Virus record (IMG/VR): IMGVR_UViG_3300003155_000119 | Coordinates: 49,779 to 113,778 of that record | Origin: a virus | Lineage: Duplodnaviria; Caudoviricetes | Strand: one strand, 5' to 3' | Length of the DNA stretch: 64,000 nucleotides | Shown: positions 36,972-46,709 of the stretch, piece after piece | Layout of the letters: the number at the start of each line of letters is the position of its first letter | Numbering within the stretch: the stretch's first letter is position 1 | Program-made: the position numbers and the translations under genes | Notes under the pieces: generated by a model | The model's database searches: none | The model's input: the letters and a program-made list of their open reading frames with translations, nothing else | What the model was told of the DNA's origin: nothing

Positions 36972-39599
36972 TTACTTTTCATCCTCGTCCTCAAAATTCA
37001 TAACTTGGATATTTGTCTCCTCAATAGGCAATAATTCATAATTATAATTCGTTACAAATATTGGATTAATGCGGCAAGTACTTCTATCTGCTTTACACCA
37101 TAACAAAACACCTTTCCATCTACCGCGTCTATTTTTATATATACTTATTTTCATTTCAGGCATTTCAATACCTAGTCTATTTACAATATCTATTAATGCC
37201 TCTTTATCTCGTTCAGTTGTATCTAGCGCAATCATGCCAATATCCACTCTGTCTGAAATCGCTTTCGATCCTCTCAACAGGTTCTGGTCAAAAACGTCTG
37301 CGTCGGCCCATCCGCCATTTAACTGTGTGCTAGTCATGATGAAGACACCATACTCATTACATAAATCCTTTAGCCGCGTACTAATCATAAAGAGTACATT
37401 ATCTTCACGCAGATTTGCGACTCTAGCTTTGCTACTAACTTCACTCAGAATCTTCATTGACGAATGCAAGTAATCAAAAAATACATATTTAGTATTCCAA
37501 TCATGAACAGCAAATTTAATTGTATTTTCAATATCTTGCAACGAAAAATCTGGCAAGTATTTGATATGAAGAGGAGAACTCTTTAACACATTAGCAGCGT
37601 AAAGTACACGCTCTTCTTCATTATCTTCATACTTCGCGGTCAAAATATGCTCTTCATCTACTTCCGCCAAAAATGCGAGAATTGCAGTTTGAACTTCATC
37701 TAGTCTTTGTTCTGTTGTGATGAATAAAGTAGACTCTTTAATTCCGTTTTTTCTCCATTCTCCTTTAGTCTTATCATACAAAGTGTCGCAAGCCATATTA
37801 CAAGCATCAGCCACCATCATTCTTGTATTATGCGTTACAATGAAATCATTGGCTAAAAACAAATGGTCTTTATTGTCTACAGTAAAACAAGTCATATTAG
37901 TATATTCATTAGTAGGGTAAATATCTACAATAGGAAGGAAGTCTTTCTTTTCTTCTCTCTTCCCATTGTTTGCGTACGCCTCTGCGATAACTTTTTTTCG
38001 TTTTAAAGAGAAAAGCATTGGCTTGGTAGACTTACAACATTGAATACGAACAGTATACCCAACTCCTGTAGTATATTTCTCTTTTCTTTTGTCTAATATA
38101 ACGGAAGTCATCATTCCTAAACTTCTGCATAATTCTATTACATTGTCTTTCAGCTTAGAAGAAATTGTATAATAAGAGATTCTTCCCCTCTCATCTATAT
38201 GTCCGTCCGTATCCAATAAACCCGCAAGTAATGCGTATCTCTGATAAATGTCGCTCATTAAGTATTCTTCTGGAATAAATTTATCTTCTGATTTAGTATT
38301 CCAGAGTTCTGGATAATTACATAGAATTTCTTCTACCCACAAATTATGCTTAGGATTTTCAATCGGTTTAAATGTATAACTATAGTTAAAATTACTATTT
38401 TTATGCGGGACGATATTTTTACCTAGTTCTTTAGCGACTCTATTTGGCAATTCATCATCTGCGCTACTAAAAGAAAGACCTTTTTGACTAGAATCATACC
38501 TAAAACTACCATCTCCTAGTAAAGCGCCCATAGCATAAGGACTTGGATATAACTTTTTCGTAGTATAAGCTACTGGCTCATTCATTCTAACAGCAAATCT
38601 ATATCCTGTGTCTTTAAATCCTCCTCTCTCTTTAGCTCTTTTATAAATTTCTTCAGTAGATTCTACTTTTAATAAATTACGTTTTCTATCATATCGGTAT
38701 TCCCATAGATGGTCTTTACAACATTTTACGGCCCTGCCATCTTTAAAGACAACTTCCCATACTTGTTTTAACTCTGATTGAGGATGAATAGCAAGAACTT
38801 CCGTTGGGTTGCCGTCTTGTCCAAATAAATAATCTCCAGGTCTAATATCTCCTACTCTTTTCCATCCGTTGGGCGTAGGAATTAGAGTGTCATTTGGAAG
38901 AGCTTTTCCGACTCCAGTACCGGCGGAACGAAGATAAAATTTCCCGAGACGAGCTCCGCGCGTAACTGTATTAATTAAAGTGCCGTAAAGAGGAGAACCA
39001 ACCTCTGGCCGCGTCTTTAAACTCTCAATTAAGTCGTCAATACCTTCCGCGGCTTGGTGAAAGTCTTTTTCTGTTATATTAGCATATTTTAATTTAATTT
39101 GAATAATTTTATCATCAATAGAATCAGCAATGTCACTTAAACTTGTATTATCCAGCCATTCTTCTTGCTTTTGTTTTTTCTTTACATCAAATACATTATC
39201 TACGTCATATAAATCAGAAATATCTAGTCCTACATCATCATACATACGAAGTAAAGTAAATTTCTTCATTCTATTGTAGTAATAAGTAAAAGCTGAAGGC
39301 TGAGCCATCTTGCTTACTTGCTCTAACCACTTTGCTCCGTTATTAGCTTTATAAATCCCATAATTCTTTGGCCGCGTAGACAGGAACTCTTCAATAGTAG
39401 ATACATCTATTTGACGAGCACCTAATTGAAACAAATTATAGATAGAACCAAAAATTGTTTTATGAAAATCTTCTGTAAAGTCATCAAGAGAAAAAGAATA
39501 CTTATCTGATTGCTCAATAAGAGACGGATTTAAATATACACATCCAATAACTTGCATATTTGCTTGAATGTCTACAATTTTATTTTTAGCTCTTGCCAT
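36972..39599 (-). CDS. dnaB: Replicative DNA helicase with intein
   Basis: SAGTGVGK[intein]TRMM, FITTEQ, FFDYL, STQLN, LRGSKAI, KNRRG. Confidence 0.9.
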   Translation of the reverse strand: MARAKNKIVDIQANMQVIGCVYLNPSLIEQSDKYSFSLDDFTEDFHKTIFGSIYNLFQLGARQIDVSTIEEFLSTRPKNYGIYKANNGAKWLEQVSKMAQPSAFTYYYNRMKKFTLLRMYDDVGLDISDLYDVDNVFDVKKKQKQEEWLDNTSLSDIADSIDDKIIQIKLKYANITEKDFHQAAEGIDDLIESLKTRPEVGSPLYGTLINTVTRGARLGKFYLRSAGTGVGKALPNDTLIPTPNGWKRVGDIRPGDYLFGQDGNPTEVLAIHPQSELKQVWEVVFKDGRAVKCCKDHLWEYRYDRKRNLLKVESTEEIYKRAKERGGFKDTGYRFAVRMNEPVAYTTKKLYPSPYAMGALLGDGSFRYDSSQKGLSFSSADDELPNRVAKELGKNIVPHKNSNFNYSYTFKPIENPKHNLWVEEILCNYPELWNTKSEDKFIPEEYLMSDIYQRYALLAGLLDTDGHIDERGRISYYTISSKLKDNVIELCRSLGMMTSVILDKRKEKYTTGVGYTVRIQCCKSTKPMLFSLKRKKVIAEAYANNGKREEKKDFLPIVDIYPTNEYTNMTCFTVDNKDHLFLANDFIVTHNTRMMVADACNMACDTLYDKTKGEWRKNGIKESTLFITTEQRLDEVQTAILAFLAEVDEEHILTAKYEDNEEERVLYAANVLKSSPLHIKYLPDFSLQDIENTIKFAVHDWNTKYVFFDYLHSSMKILSEVSSKARVANLREDNVLFMISTRLKDLCNEYGVFIMTSTQLNGGWADADVFDQNLLRGSKAISDRVDIGMIALDTTERDKEALIDIVNRLGIEMPEMKISIYKNRRGRWKGVLLWCKADRSTCRINPIFVTNYNYELLPIEETNIQVMNFEDEDEK
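37827..38903 (-). mobile_element. Intein (359 aa, Ala1, LAGLIDADG, class 3 WCT signature) in DnaB P-loop
   Basis: ALPNDTLIPTP start; CKDHLW; ALLGDG and LLAGLLDTDG; TCFTVD...IVTHN/T end. Confidence 0.92.
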
Positions 39600-39606
39600 A
39601 TAATAT

Positions 39607-40152
39607 TTAATTATCCCCTTTCTCGAACGAATCTATATCTAACATCTTAATATTTCTTATTGGTTGCGGCTCAAGGATTTTTATCTGCTCTGACTCTTGT
39701 TTATAATTATCTAAAGCGTTTTTATTATTTACATAAATTTTTTGATAATAGCTCTTTGCTTCCTGATAATATCTAGCTACCACATTTATGTGTCCGCCTA
39801 AACGAAAACGATCTATCTGTTTTACCTCAAATAAATAAATAAGAGTTTTATGAATCCCGCTTAGAGAGAAGCCCATCTGTTGAAACTGTTTAATTTCTCT
39901 TCCAATAACCGGCCAATTTGGATTCATTCCTTTGAACGCTTCATGAATGTACTGTCTTAAAGTGTTCATATCAGTCTCTCGTTTCTCTTCTTCGCTTAAA
40001 TTGCGTATCCGATGTGCATGAAATTTATCATAACATTTTTTATGGCACCAACGAGAATTGCTGATTTGAATAATTCCTTCACCAGATTTTTTTATGCCTT
40101 TGCCGCAATACACGCAATGAACTAGTTGATTTTCACTTGTCGTCATAAGCAT
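39607..40152 (-). CDS. Hypothetical zinc-binding protein upstream of dnaB
   Basis: CVYC...HKKC; GGAGG RBS. Confidence 0.7.
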   Translation of the reverse strand: MLMTTSENQLVHCVYCGKGIKKSGEGIIQISNSRWCHKKCYDKFHAHRIRNLSEEEKRETDMNTLRQYIHEAFKGMNPNWPVIGREIKQFQQMGFSLSGIHKTLIYLFEVKQIDRFRLGGHINVVARYYQEAKSYYQKIYVNNKNALDNYKQESEQIKILEPQPIRNIKMLDIDSFEKGDN

Positions 40153-40167
40153 AACCTCCCTTTATAT

Positions 40168-40196
40168 ATTATACCATAATAAAAGAAAAAAGTCAA
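40168..40196 (-). promoter_or_regulatory. sigmaA-type promoter overlapping upstream terminator
   Basis: TTGACT-17-TATAAT with extended TG; -35 is the 3' arm of hairpin 40191-40224. Confidence 0.8.
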
Positions 40197-40234
40197 ACAG
40201 ATAATTCTCTTAATCTGCTTGACTATTGTTTTAA

Positions 40235-41458
40235 TTAATTACTTAGATATTCATCTTTAATTTCGTCTACTATTGTTTTAATTAACTCTACCTGTTCGGG
40301 AGTTGAGTCAGAAACTTTCTTACCTTTTCCAAGGATTTTATTTACAATAGCAGTAATTCTTGGCCCATAATATTCTTTGTCTTTCTGCATCAAAGTTGAT
40401 ACTATTTCATTGAAGTCTGCAATCAGACTATCATAATTAAGAACTTCTGCTTTGACCGCAACATTTCTTTCGTCAGTGACGAATTTATTATCATTCATCT
40501 TGGCTTCTTTGTCTATTGCTTCGTTCACAGCATCTACTAATGCGGAATATGTAAAATCAATAACGGGAGGAATATACTTAAATCTACATCCAGTATCAAT
40601 CGTTCCGTCTTGAGAGCGAAGAACTAGTCTTACTTTAGGAGCTCCATCCTCTCCTTTATACTTTTGTGCATATCCGTATATATCCGCGGCATTCTTAGCA
40701 ATATCATTAAAACTGCTTTGACACGAAGGCCCAATCTGAAGAATTTCCTCACCATTAACTTTTACAATGCGTTCCTTGTCATGTGAAATGAATACTAGTG
40801 CATAACCAAGTTGCGTTATTGCTCTGCACGTTTCCTCGAATTCGCGTTTCATTTGACTATAGCCGCCGCCATAGGGAACTTCTGCTATTTTTTCAACTGA
40901 GTTCTGAGCGCATATATATTTTTCACACAATGAGCCAGCAATATCGATAGTATCAATGATTACTGTTTTAAATCTTTCCTTGACCGCAGGCTTCTTCAAA
41001 TCTCTTAGTACCGCTCTCATTTCGGACCAAGACGTAACATCTTGCGGGATTACCTTCGGAATTGCATTATATCCTACTTCAAACGCCAGCAGGATGGGGT
41101 CGGGGAATTGTGAAGCGAGTGTAGTTTTACCTACTTTCAATTTGTTATCCTAAAGGCTTTTTATCCTTTAGCTCTTATACTTCCTATTCGTATAAGTTCG
41201 GCATAGCTTTCACCCTATAATATACAGGGGTGCAGTCTCTTGGATATATTATTTCAATATCTATGCTCTGCGCGTGTAATAATTAATTCTTACTTCCGCT
41301 CGGGTTAGCATCTCAGCTTTCCCGCTCTTACTGCATTTTAACTACCTAATTACTTAGATAGTGCCCAAAGTTTTAGGCCCACCATAAATGTAAACTATAT
41401 ACCCGCTCAAATCCCTACTAACCTTATGAGGTTGTAGGGCTAATAAGTCAATCGCCAT
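40235..41458 (-). CDS. AAA ATPase, Sak4-like recombinase; two exons 41458-41375 and 41137-40235
   Basis: Exon 1 MAIDLLALQPHKVSRDLSGYIVYIYGGP joins exon 2 KVGKTT to give Walker A GGPKVGKTT; VIIDTID, LVFISH. Confidence 0.88.
41138..41374 (-). mobile_element. ORF-less group I intron (237 nt)
   Basis: 5' exon ends U, intron ends G; P1 GCCU/GGGC, P10 ACUUU/AAAGU, P3 UGCAGU/ACUGCA, P7 GCAUAG/CUAUGC; removal restores the P-loop. Confidence 0.88.
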
Positions 41459-41475
41459 ATATTAGCCCCTCCTTA

Positions 41476-42426
41476 TTAAAAATCAAAACTAGTGTCCATC
41501 TTAGGCTGAATCTTTGGATTCATAGAACTAGCTTTCCGAGCTTCGTATTCCTCCTTATCCCGACGAATACCAGCCAGCTTAACCTCTCTATCTTGAACCG
41601 CTTTCTTCAAATCGTCTGCGGTCATAATTGATTCATCACCAAATTCATACGGAACAGTAATCATACCAGTAATCAGCCATTCGCGCTGTTTATTTTCGTA
41701 CGTCTGTACCTCAGGCTCACCAAACGCAGATTCAGTGACGCGTTCTGTCTTAATTGTCATGCAATTAATACGACCCCAAACATTCGTATAAGTAGGATTG
41801 CTCACACTAGCATCCATGTCCTCAAAACACGCCATTCCCTGCTCATTACGGCAGACGAAAGTGACGGGAAGCAATTCGTTCTTGAAGTTAAAGACAGCTC
41901 CGCCTACACGAACAAAATCTTTGTCAATGTTCTTTTCAGGATCCGCTTCTACCCTATTAACTTTATTAATCAGCATATCCATACTGAAAGTATTTCTCTT
42001 TTTCGGCTCAGGAAGAGAACCATTAATCATGTTCAAGAAACCGCCATCAATGCGAATCGCTGAAACGACTTCGTTTGTACGATTAGAAATGAATTCATTC
42101 AATTCGAGTGCGCCACTGACAGAAACCTTAAACGCGTTCTCCTTGCCGCCCATAATCCAAGTCTTATCTGGATTCTGGATAATCTGCTTTAGATTATTAA
42201 AAGTATCTTTCTTCTTATCAGCAGTTACATACATAAAATGGACAGTAATGACATTCATTCCATCTTCATCAACCGCAATATCAAGATTACCAGAAATGAA
42301 CTCTTTACCATAATTTGCAGAGTTTGCGTTCTGCACAGTTTTAACACTCAAACCAATTCGCGGGTCTTGATTATTCTGATACACATAACCAGCAATTTTT
42401 ACTTCGTTCTTACTTCTCTTTTTCAT
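41476..42426 (-). CDS. Probable single-stranded DNA-binding protein
   Basis: OB-fold-like beta pattern, acidic/aromatic C-terminus DTSFDF, adjacent to recombinase. Confidence 0.65.
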   Translation of the reverse strand: MKKRSKNEVKIAGYVYQNNQDPRIGLSVKTVQNANSANYGKEFISGNLDIAVDEDGMNVITVHFMYVTADKKKDTFNNLKQIIQNPDKTWIMGGKENAFKVSVSGALELNEFISNRTNEVVSAIRIDGGFLNMINGSLPEPKKRNTFSMDMLINKVNRVEADPEKNIDKDFVRVGGAVFNFKNELLPVTFVCRNEQGMACFEDMDASVSNPTYTNVWGRINCMTIKTERVTESAFGEPEVQTYENKQREWLITGMITVPYEFGDESIMTADDLKKAVQDREVKLAGIRRDKEEYEARKASSMNPKIQPKMDTSFDF

Positions 42427-42514
42427 ATATTCCTATTTTCTCCTTTATAAAAACATTCTATTCTTTATCATTATCATTACTGTAATTATATTATAACATA
42501 ATTTTTCTTAATAA

Positions 42515-43189
42515 TCATTTTTCTCTTGGCGGCTTGCGACAACTCTTTTTATTCTCAGGACAATAGCCAAATATCTCACATTTTGGAACGAAATATTCAT
42601 CAACAATAGTAGCCCATTCTGTAGAATAATTAGCTAAGGCCGCCTTTATATCCTCCATCAGTTCCCTGTATTCCCAGTACGCCCTGGCGCACATTCTTTG
42701 ATGACTCATATCAATAAGATTGCGCAGATTAGTTCTTACTACTACTTTTGTCGTCATATTAAGCGGTAAGATACCAGACGCGTCTTCATTTTTAATACCT
42801 AGCTTTTGCAATCTATCATACGCATCCAAAATATCTTGCATGACTGCGTCATATGTTCTACAAGCTTCCTCATTATTAACAATAGAATAAGGTGTGATGT
42901 AATCAAAATTTTTATAATTAATGTACCTCGTTGAACTCTGCAAACGAGTCGGCATCCCGCCTATATGAGTGTAAAATTCTCTAATAACTTTCGCGGAATA
43001 ACCATCTAAAATCATATAAACTTGCGGAATTTCAAGAACGCGGCCGTGATTATTTTGTAGACACTCAATCCCACGATTATAGTTTTTAGCATCTGAACTA
43101 ATATTAGACCCATAACAAATTCCGGCATAGTAGCCCATTTGAGTAATAGGATTAGTCATTGTATCTACTTGAATTCGTACTTGCCCCAT
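42515..43189 (-). CDS. thyX: Flavin-dependent thymidylate synthase
   Basis: HGRVLE, QSSTRY, EDASGILP, TNLRNL, RMCARAYWEYR. Confidence 0.9.
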   Translation of the reverse strand: MGQVRIQVDTMTNPITQMGYYAGICYGSNISSDAKNYNRGIECLQNNHGRVLEIPQVYMILDGYSAKVIREFYTHIGGMPTRLQSSTRYINYKNFDYITPYSIVNNEEACRTYDAVMQDILDAYDRLQKLGIKNEDASGILPLNMTTKVVVRTNLRNLIDMSHQRMCARAYWEYRELMEDIKAALANYSTEWATIVDEYFVPKCEIFGYCPENKKSCRKPPREK

Positions 43190-44137
43190 TTAGCTTCCTC
43201 CTTGTGTCATGTTGTAACCAAATTTATCTGTTTGATAAAGTAATATATAAAATTTTTCTCTTTCGTTTAATTGCTCTTTAGAACACTGTTCTATCAATTC
43301 AAAAGCAAAATTCCAAACACCATATTTTTGCATTGAGTTATAGAGTATATTGGTATGCGAAGCATCTATTCCTAGACCGCATTTTATATGTTGCTTTATT
43401 CGGTCTTGAATATTAACACTTTGGCCTATATAAGACTGTTTTGTTGACAGATTGGTTATCTTATAAATGCCGCAGACAATAGCAGAGCCATAGATTCTAT
43501 TACATAGTTCTGTTGTATTCCTTTGAAAGTATTCGCTCCATATCAATTTACTTATTGCTCGCTCATTCCTAAAAGAAGGTCTTAACTCCAATAATCTCTT
43601 TACATCAGCTAAATCTTGTTCAGAAATAGTTAATTTATAAAACTCTTCTTTTTCTTCTATTTCTCTTTCTCTTAACTGTGCGGCCTTAGCTGCGGCGAGT
43701 TTTTGACTAATATCTTTGATATTTGATTCTAGTCCAGACTGTTTTTGAGCTAGAGCCGCGCATTCATTTTCAAGTTGTTCTTTCTTTTGTTCATACTCTT
43801 TATCTAAATTATTATAGTTTGCTGTTGCTAAATTTATTGAATCAGTTAATTGTCCTAATTCTTCTTCTTTCTTTTCTAACTGCTCCAGTATCTCGTTATA
43901 ACTATTTTCGTTCTTCTCTATTAATTCTATATATGTCTCAGAATTCTTTTTTAACTTTTCGTTTATTTGTTCTATTGATTTTTTTCTAATATTTGCTTTA
44001 TCTATTTCTTCTTGAACAGAATTATACGATTTTTTTATATTAGAAAAAGTGATTGATTGTGACCATAGATATAGTAAATAGATTGAAACAAAAACACAAT
44101 AAGTAAAAATAAATCCAAATATTATTGCCTAGCGCAT
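43190..44137 (-). CDS. Membrane-anchored coiled-coil protein with C-terminal GIY-YIG nuclease; TAG at codon 3
   Basis: AAGGTGGT RBS, ATG CGC TAG, then hydrophobic helix AIIFGFIFTYCVFVSIYLLYLW, long coiled coil, GIYKITN..SYIGQS; in frame with track ORF 43190-43591. Confidence 0.8.
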
Positions 44138-44194
44138 ATCATACCACCTTATTTTATTTATAAAAAAAGCAAGGCTTTCACCTTGCTAAACATT

Positions 44195-44506
44195 TTATTG
44201 CTCGTCTTCGTCAGCAGGAGCACAAGCTGCTTCAATATCGAAGTCTCGTCCCGCATCAGTCAGCCGAATCAATTTAATGGGACGATGCAACCCAGTATCA
44301 GGGTCAACAGCCTCAGCGGGAATTCGCTCCATCAAAGGCTCAGGATTCTTATTTGCATCCTTGTGGCGGCAGAAAGACTGAGTTACGATACCATTAACAC
44401 TCTTAAGGGGAATACCAGTCTCATTTGCAATGTCTTGAGCAGTAATATTCTCGCCGTCATGAGCCTTTACACACATATAAACCATCTTAGAAGTTTCTTT
44501 CATCAT
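44195..44506 (-). CDS. Winged-helix-like DNA-binding protein
   Basis: ITAQDIANETGIPLKSVNGIV...IRLTDAG. Confidence 0.7.
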   Translation of the reverse strand: MMKETSKMVYMCVKAHDGENITAQDIANETGIPLKSVNGIVTQSFCRHKDANKNPEPLMERIPAEAVDPDTGLHRPIKLIRLTDAGRDFDIEAACAPADEDEQ

Positions 44507-44508
44507 AA

Positions 44509-44694
44509 TTAATAATCTCCTTTTTTCTTTTCGATAATTTTATCTATATAATTATAAATTTCAAACATTTCTCTTGGAGTCAAGTCTTTCATTAAGTCAG
44601 CCATTATTTCTTGTTTCTTTCTCTCTGAAAGATTTTCATCCAACTCGTATTCAGCAATTTTACTTGCCAGATTTTTTATTTCTTTCTTTTTCAT
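44509..44694 (-). CDS. Hypothetical protein
   Basis: Intact 61-aa ORF between ligase and the winged-helix gene. Confidence 0.55.
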   Translation of the reverse strand: MKKKEIKNLASKIAEYELDENLSERKKQEIMADLMKDLTPREMFEIYNYIDKIIEKKKGDY

Positions 44695-44718
44695 GTCTTT
44701 ATTATACCATAAAAAAAA

Positions 44719-46620
44719 TTATAAATCAAATTTTTTCTTAAAGTCTTTTTCAGATAAAATAGGAATATTTGCTTTCTTCGCGGCCAGATTTTTTGCTGAA
44801 GTAGAATTTATATCATTATTAATGAGGTAGCTAGTCTTTTTATTGATGGTCTCAACTACCCTGCCGCCATTCTCCTCAATGATGGATTTGAGTTCCGCTC
44901 TGTTCTTATACTCAGTCAATTTCCCAGTGATAACAAAAGTCAAACCATCTAAATGCGCCGAAAGTAGATTTTTTTCTGGTTTGGCCGCACTAAAAGTAAT
45001 CAACTCTGCAATTTTATCTGCCTCTTGATAATCAAAATTCATTATCTCATATGCTTTACTTAAACCAAAATTTGGGATTTGAGTGAAATCATAATTGTTA
45101 TTAATTGCGTCTCTAAAGCTCTCATAGCTACTAAAATACTTTGCAATGTCTTTAGCTACGTTCTGACCAATAAGCGGGATACCAATAGCAGAAATGAATT
45201 TATTTAACTCACAACTTTCTTTGCTTTTGTCTATTGCGGCAAGAATTTTATCTACTGACCGCGGTCCAAAGCCTTCCTTCTTTATCCATTCGTCTCTATG
45301 CTGTTCAAGGTTAAATATATCAATCGCAGAACTAATCCAGCCATAATTAATTAGCTTCTCTAAGGTAGCTCGTGAAAGTCCTTTAATATCTAGTCCCTTC
45401 TTGCCTGCAAAATGGTCCAGCCGCACAACAAGATTAGACTCGCATTCTGAGTTATTGCAATATAATACGATTGACCCATTCTCATTTTTTTGAGTTAGCT
45501 TCGCTCCGCAATAAGGACAAATTTCAGGAATTTCAAAGTATTCAACTCGAACAGTTGGTTCGCTTTTGTCTGCGGAGTAAATTTGAGGGATAATCATATT
45601 AGACCTATACACTTCGATAAGCTGGCCTTGGTATGGCTTATCACCAAGTAGTTCATTCATAATACTAATATTATGTAGATTAGCTCTTGATACTACTGCG
45701 CCCTCAATTTCAATCGGTTCAAAAACGGCAACTGGAGTTAACGTACCAAGTCTACCCATAGTCCACTCGATATCGAATAGTCTACTTGAATAAATTTCAT
45801 CGTAAAACTTAAAAGCTAATGCTCCACGAGGATGATGTGCAGTATTACCAAGAGAAGCTGAATATTCTTCATCATCGTATCTGACTACTACACCATCAAT
45901 AGGAATAGAATAATATGCAGCCCAAGACTTAATTATCTCAATACCGTCCTCTAAAGATTTCGTTTTATCAGGGATAATTGCGGTTTCATAAAATCCATTA
46001 AGGAACAGATGATGCAAATTTGCATTAAAGGAACTAGTCTTAAAATCACTTTTAATAAGCGCCCAAGCCCAGAATTCTAGTCCTCTTTTCTCGCATTCCT
46101 TCGAATCCAGAAGCCGGATACTACCTGCGGTAAAGTTGCGTGCATTACTATACTGGTCTGCAAAGTTATTCTCAAATACATTTTGGCGACAAAGGATTTC
46201 GCCATCAATAATTACTTCTTCACTCTTGTCGTTAATTATCTTAGGAATAGAAGAAATAACCATTGCATTGTGAGTAATATCTTCGCCAACTTGGCCATTG
46301 CCGCGAGTCTCAGCGCGTACCAATTTGCCTTTCTTATACAATAGAGAGCATGATAAACCATCATATTTAGGCATGATTACATACTCGCGGTCACCAATAA
46401 ATGACTTTAATACCTCAATATCTTTCGTTTTATCAAGACTAAGCATTGGATGATTGTGTTCAACTTTTTTAAGTTCAGATACTACTTGATAATTAATCCC
46501 TTGACTATCTACTTGTCTCTTGATACTAAAATATAAGTTATCCCACTCTTTATCCGACATAATTGGATGACCTTCATCATATGCTTTAGTCGCTTTATTT
46601 AAGAGGTCAATTTTATCCAT
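44719..46620 (-). CDS. ligA: NAD-dependent DNA ligase
   Basis: MLSLDK, KYDG, TRGNGQVGEDIT, DGVV, CPYC zinc finger, BRCT FVITG; start reassigned to MDKID. Confidence 0.95.
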   Translation of the reverse strand: MDKIDLLNKATKAYDEGHPIMSDKEWDNLYFSIKRQVDSQGINYQVVSELKKVEHNHPMLSLDKTKDIEVLKSFIGDREYVIMPKYDGLSCSLLYKKGKLVRAETRGNGQVGEDITHNAMVISSIPKIINDKSEEVIIDGEILCRQNVFENNFADQYSNARNFTAGSIRLLDSKECEKRGLEFWAWALIKSDFKTSSFNANLHHLFLNGFYETAIIPDKTKSLEDGIEIIKSWAAYYSIPIDGVVVRYDDEEYSASLGNTAHHPRGALAFKFYDEIYSSRLFDIEWTMGRLGTLTPVAVFEPIEIEGAVVSRANLHNISIMNELLGDKPYQGQLIEVYRSNMIIPQIYSADKSEPTVRVEYFEIPEICPYCGAKLTQKNENGSIVLYCNNSECESNLVVRLDHFAGKKGLDIKGLSRATLEKLINYGWISSAIDIFNLEQHRDEWIKKEGFGPRSVDKILAAIDKSKESCELNKFISAIGIPLIGQNVAKDIAKYFSSYESFRDAINNNYDFTQIPNFGLSKAYEIMNFDYQEADKIAELITFSAAKPEKNLLSAHLDGLTFVITGKLTEYKNRAELKSIIEENGGRVVETINKKTSYLINNDINSTSAKNLAAKKANIPILSEKDFKKKFDL

Positions 46621-46654
46621 GTAATTATTTACCTTTCTTTCTTTTCTTATATAT

Positions 46655-46683
46655 ATTATATCATAATAATAAAAAATTGTCAA
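46655..46683 (-). promoter_or_regulatory. sigmaA-type promoter for ligA overlapping gyrA terminator
   Basis: TTGACA-17-TATAAT; perfect inverted repeat TGTCAAGGTA/TACCTTGACA 46678-46703. Confidence 0.8.
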
Positions 46684-46709
46684 GGTAGGAATTTACCTTG
46701 ACAGATATG

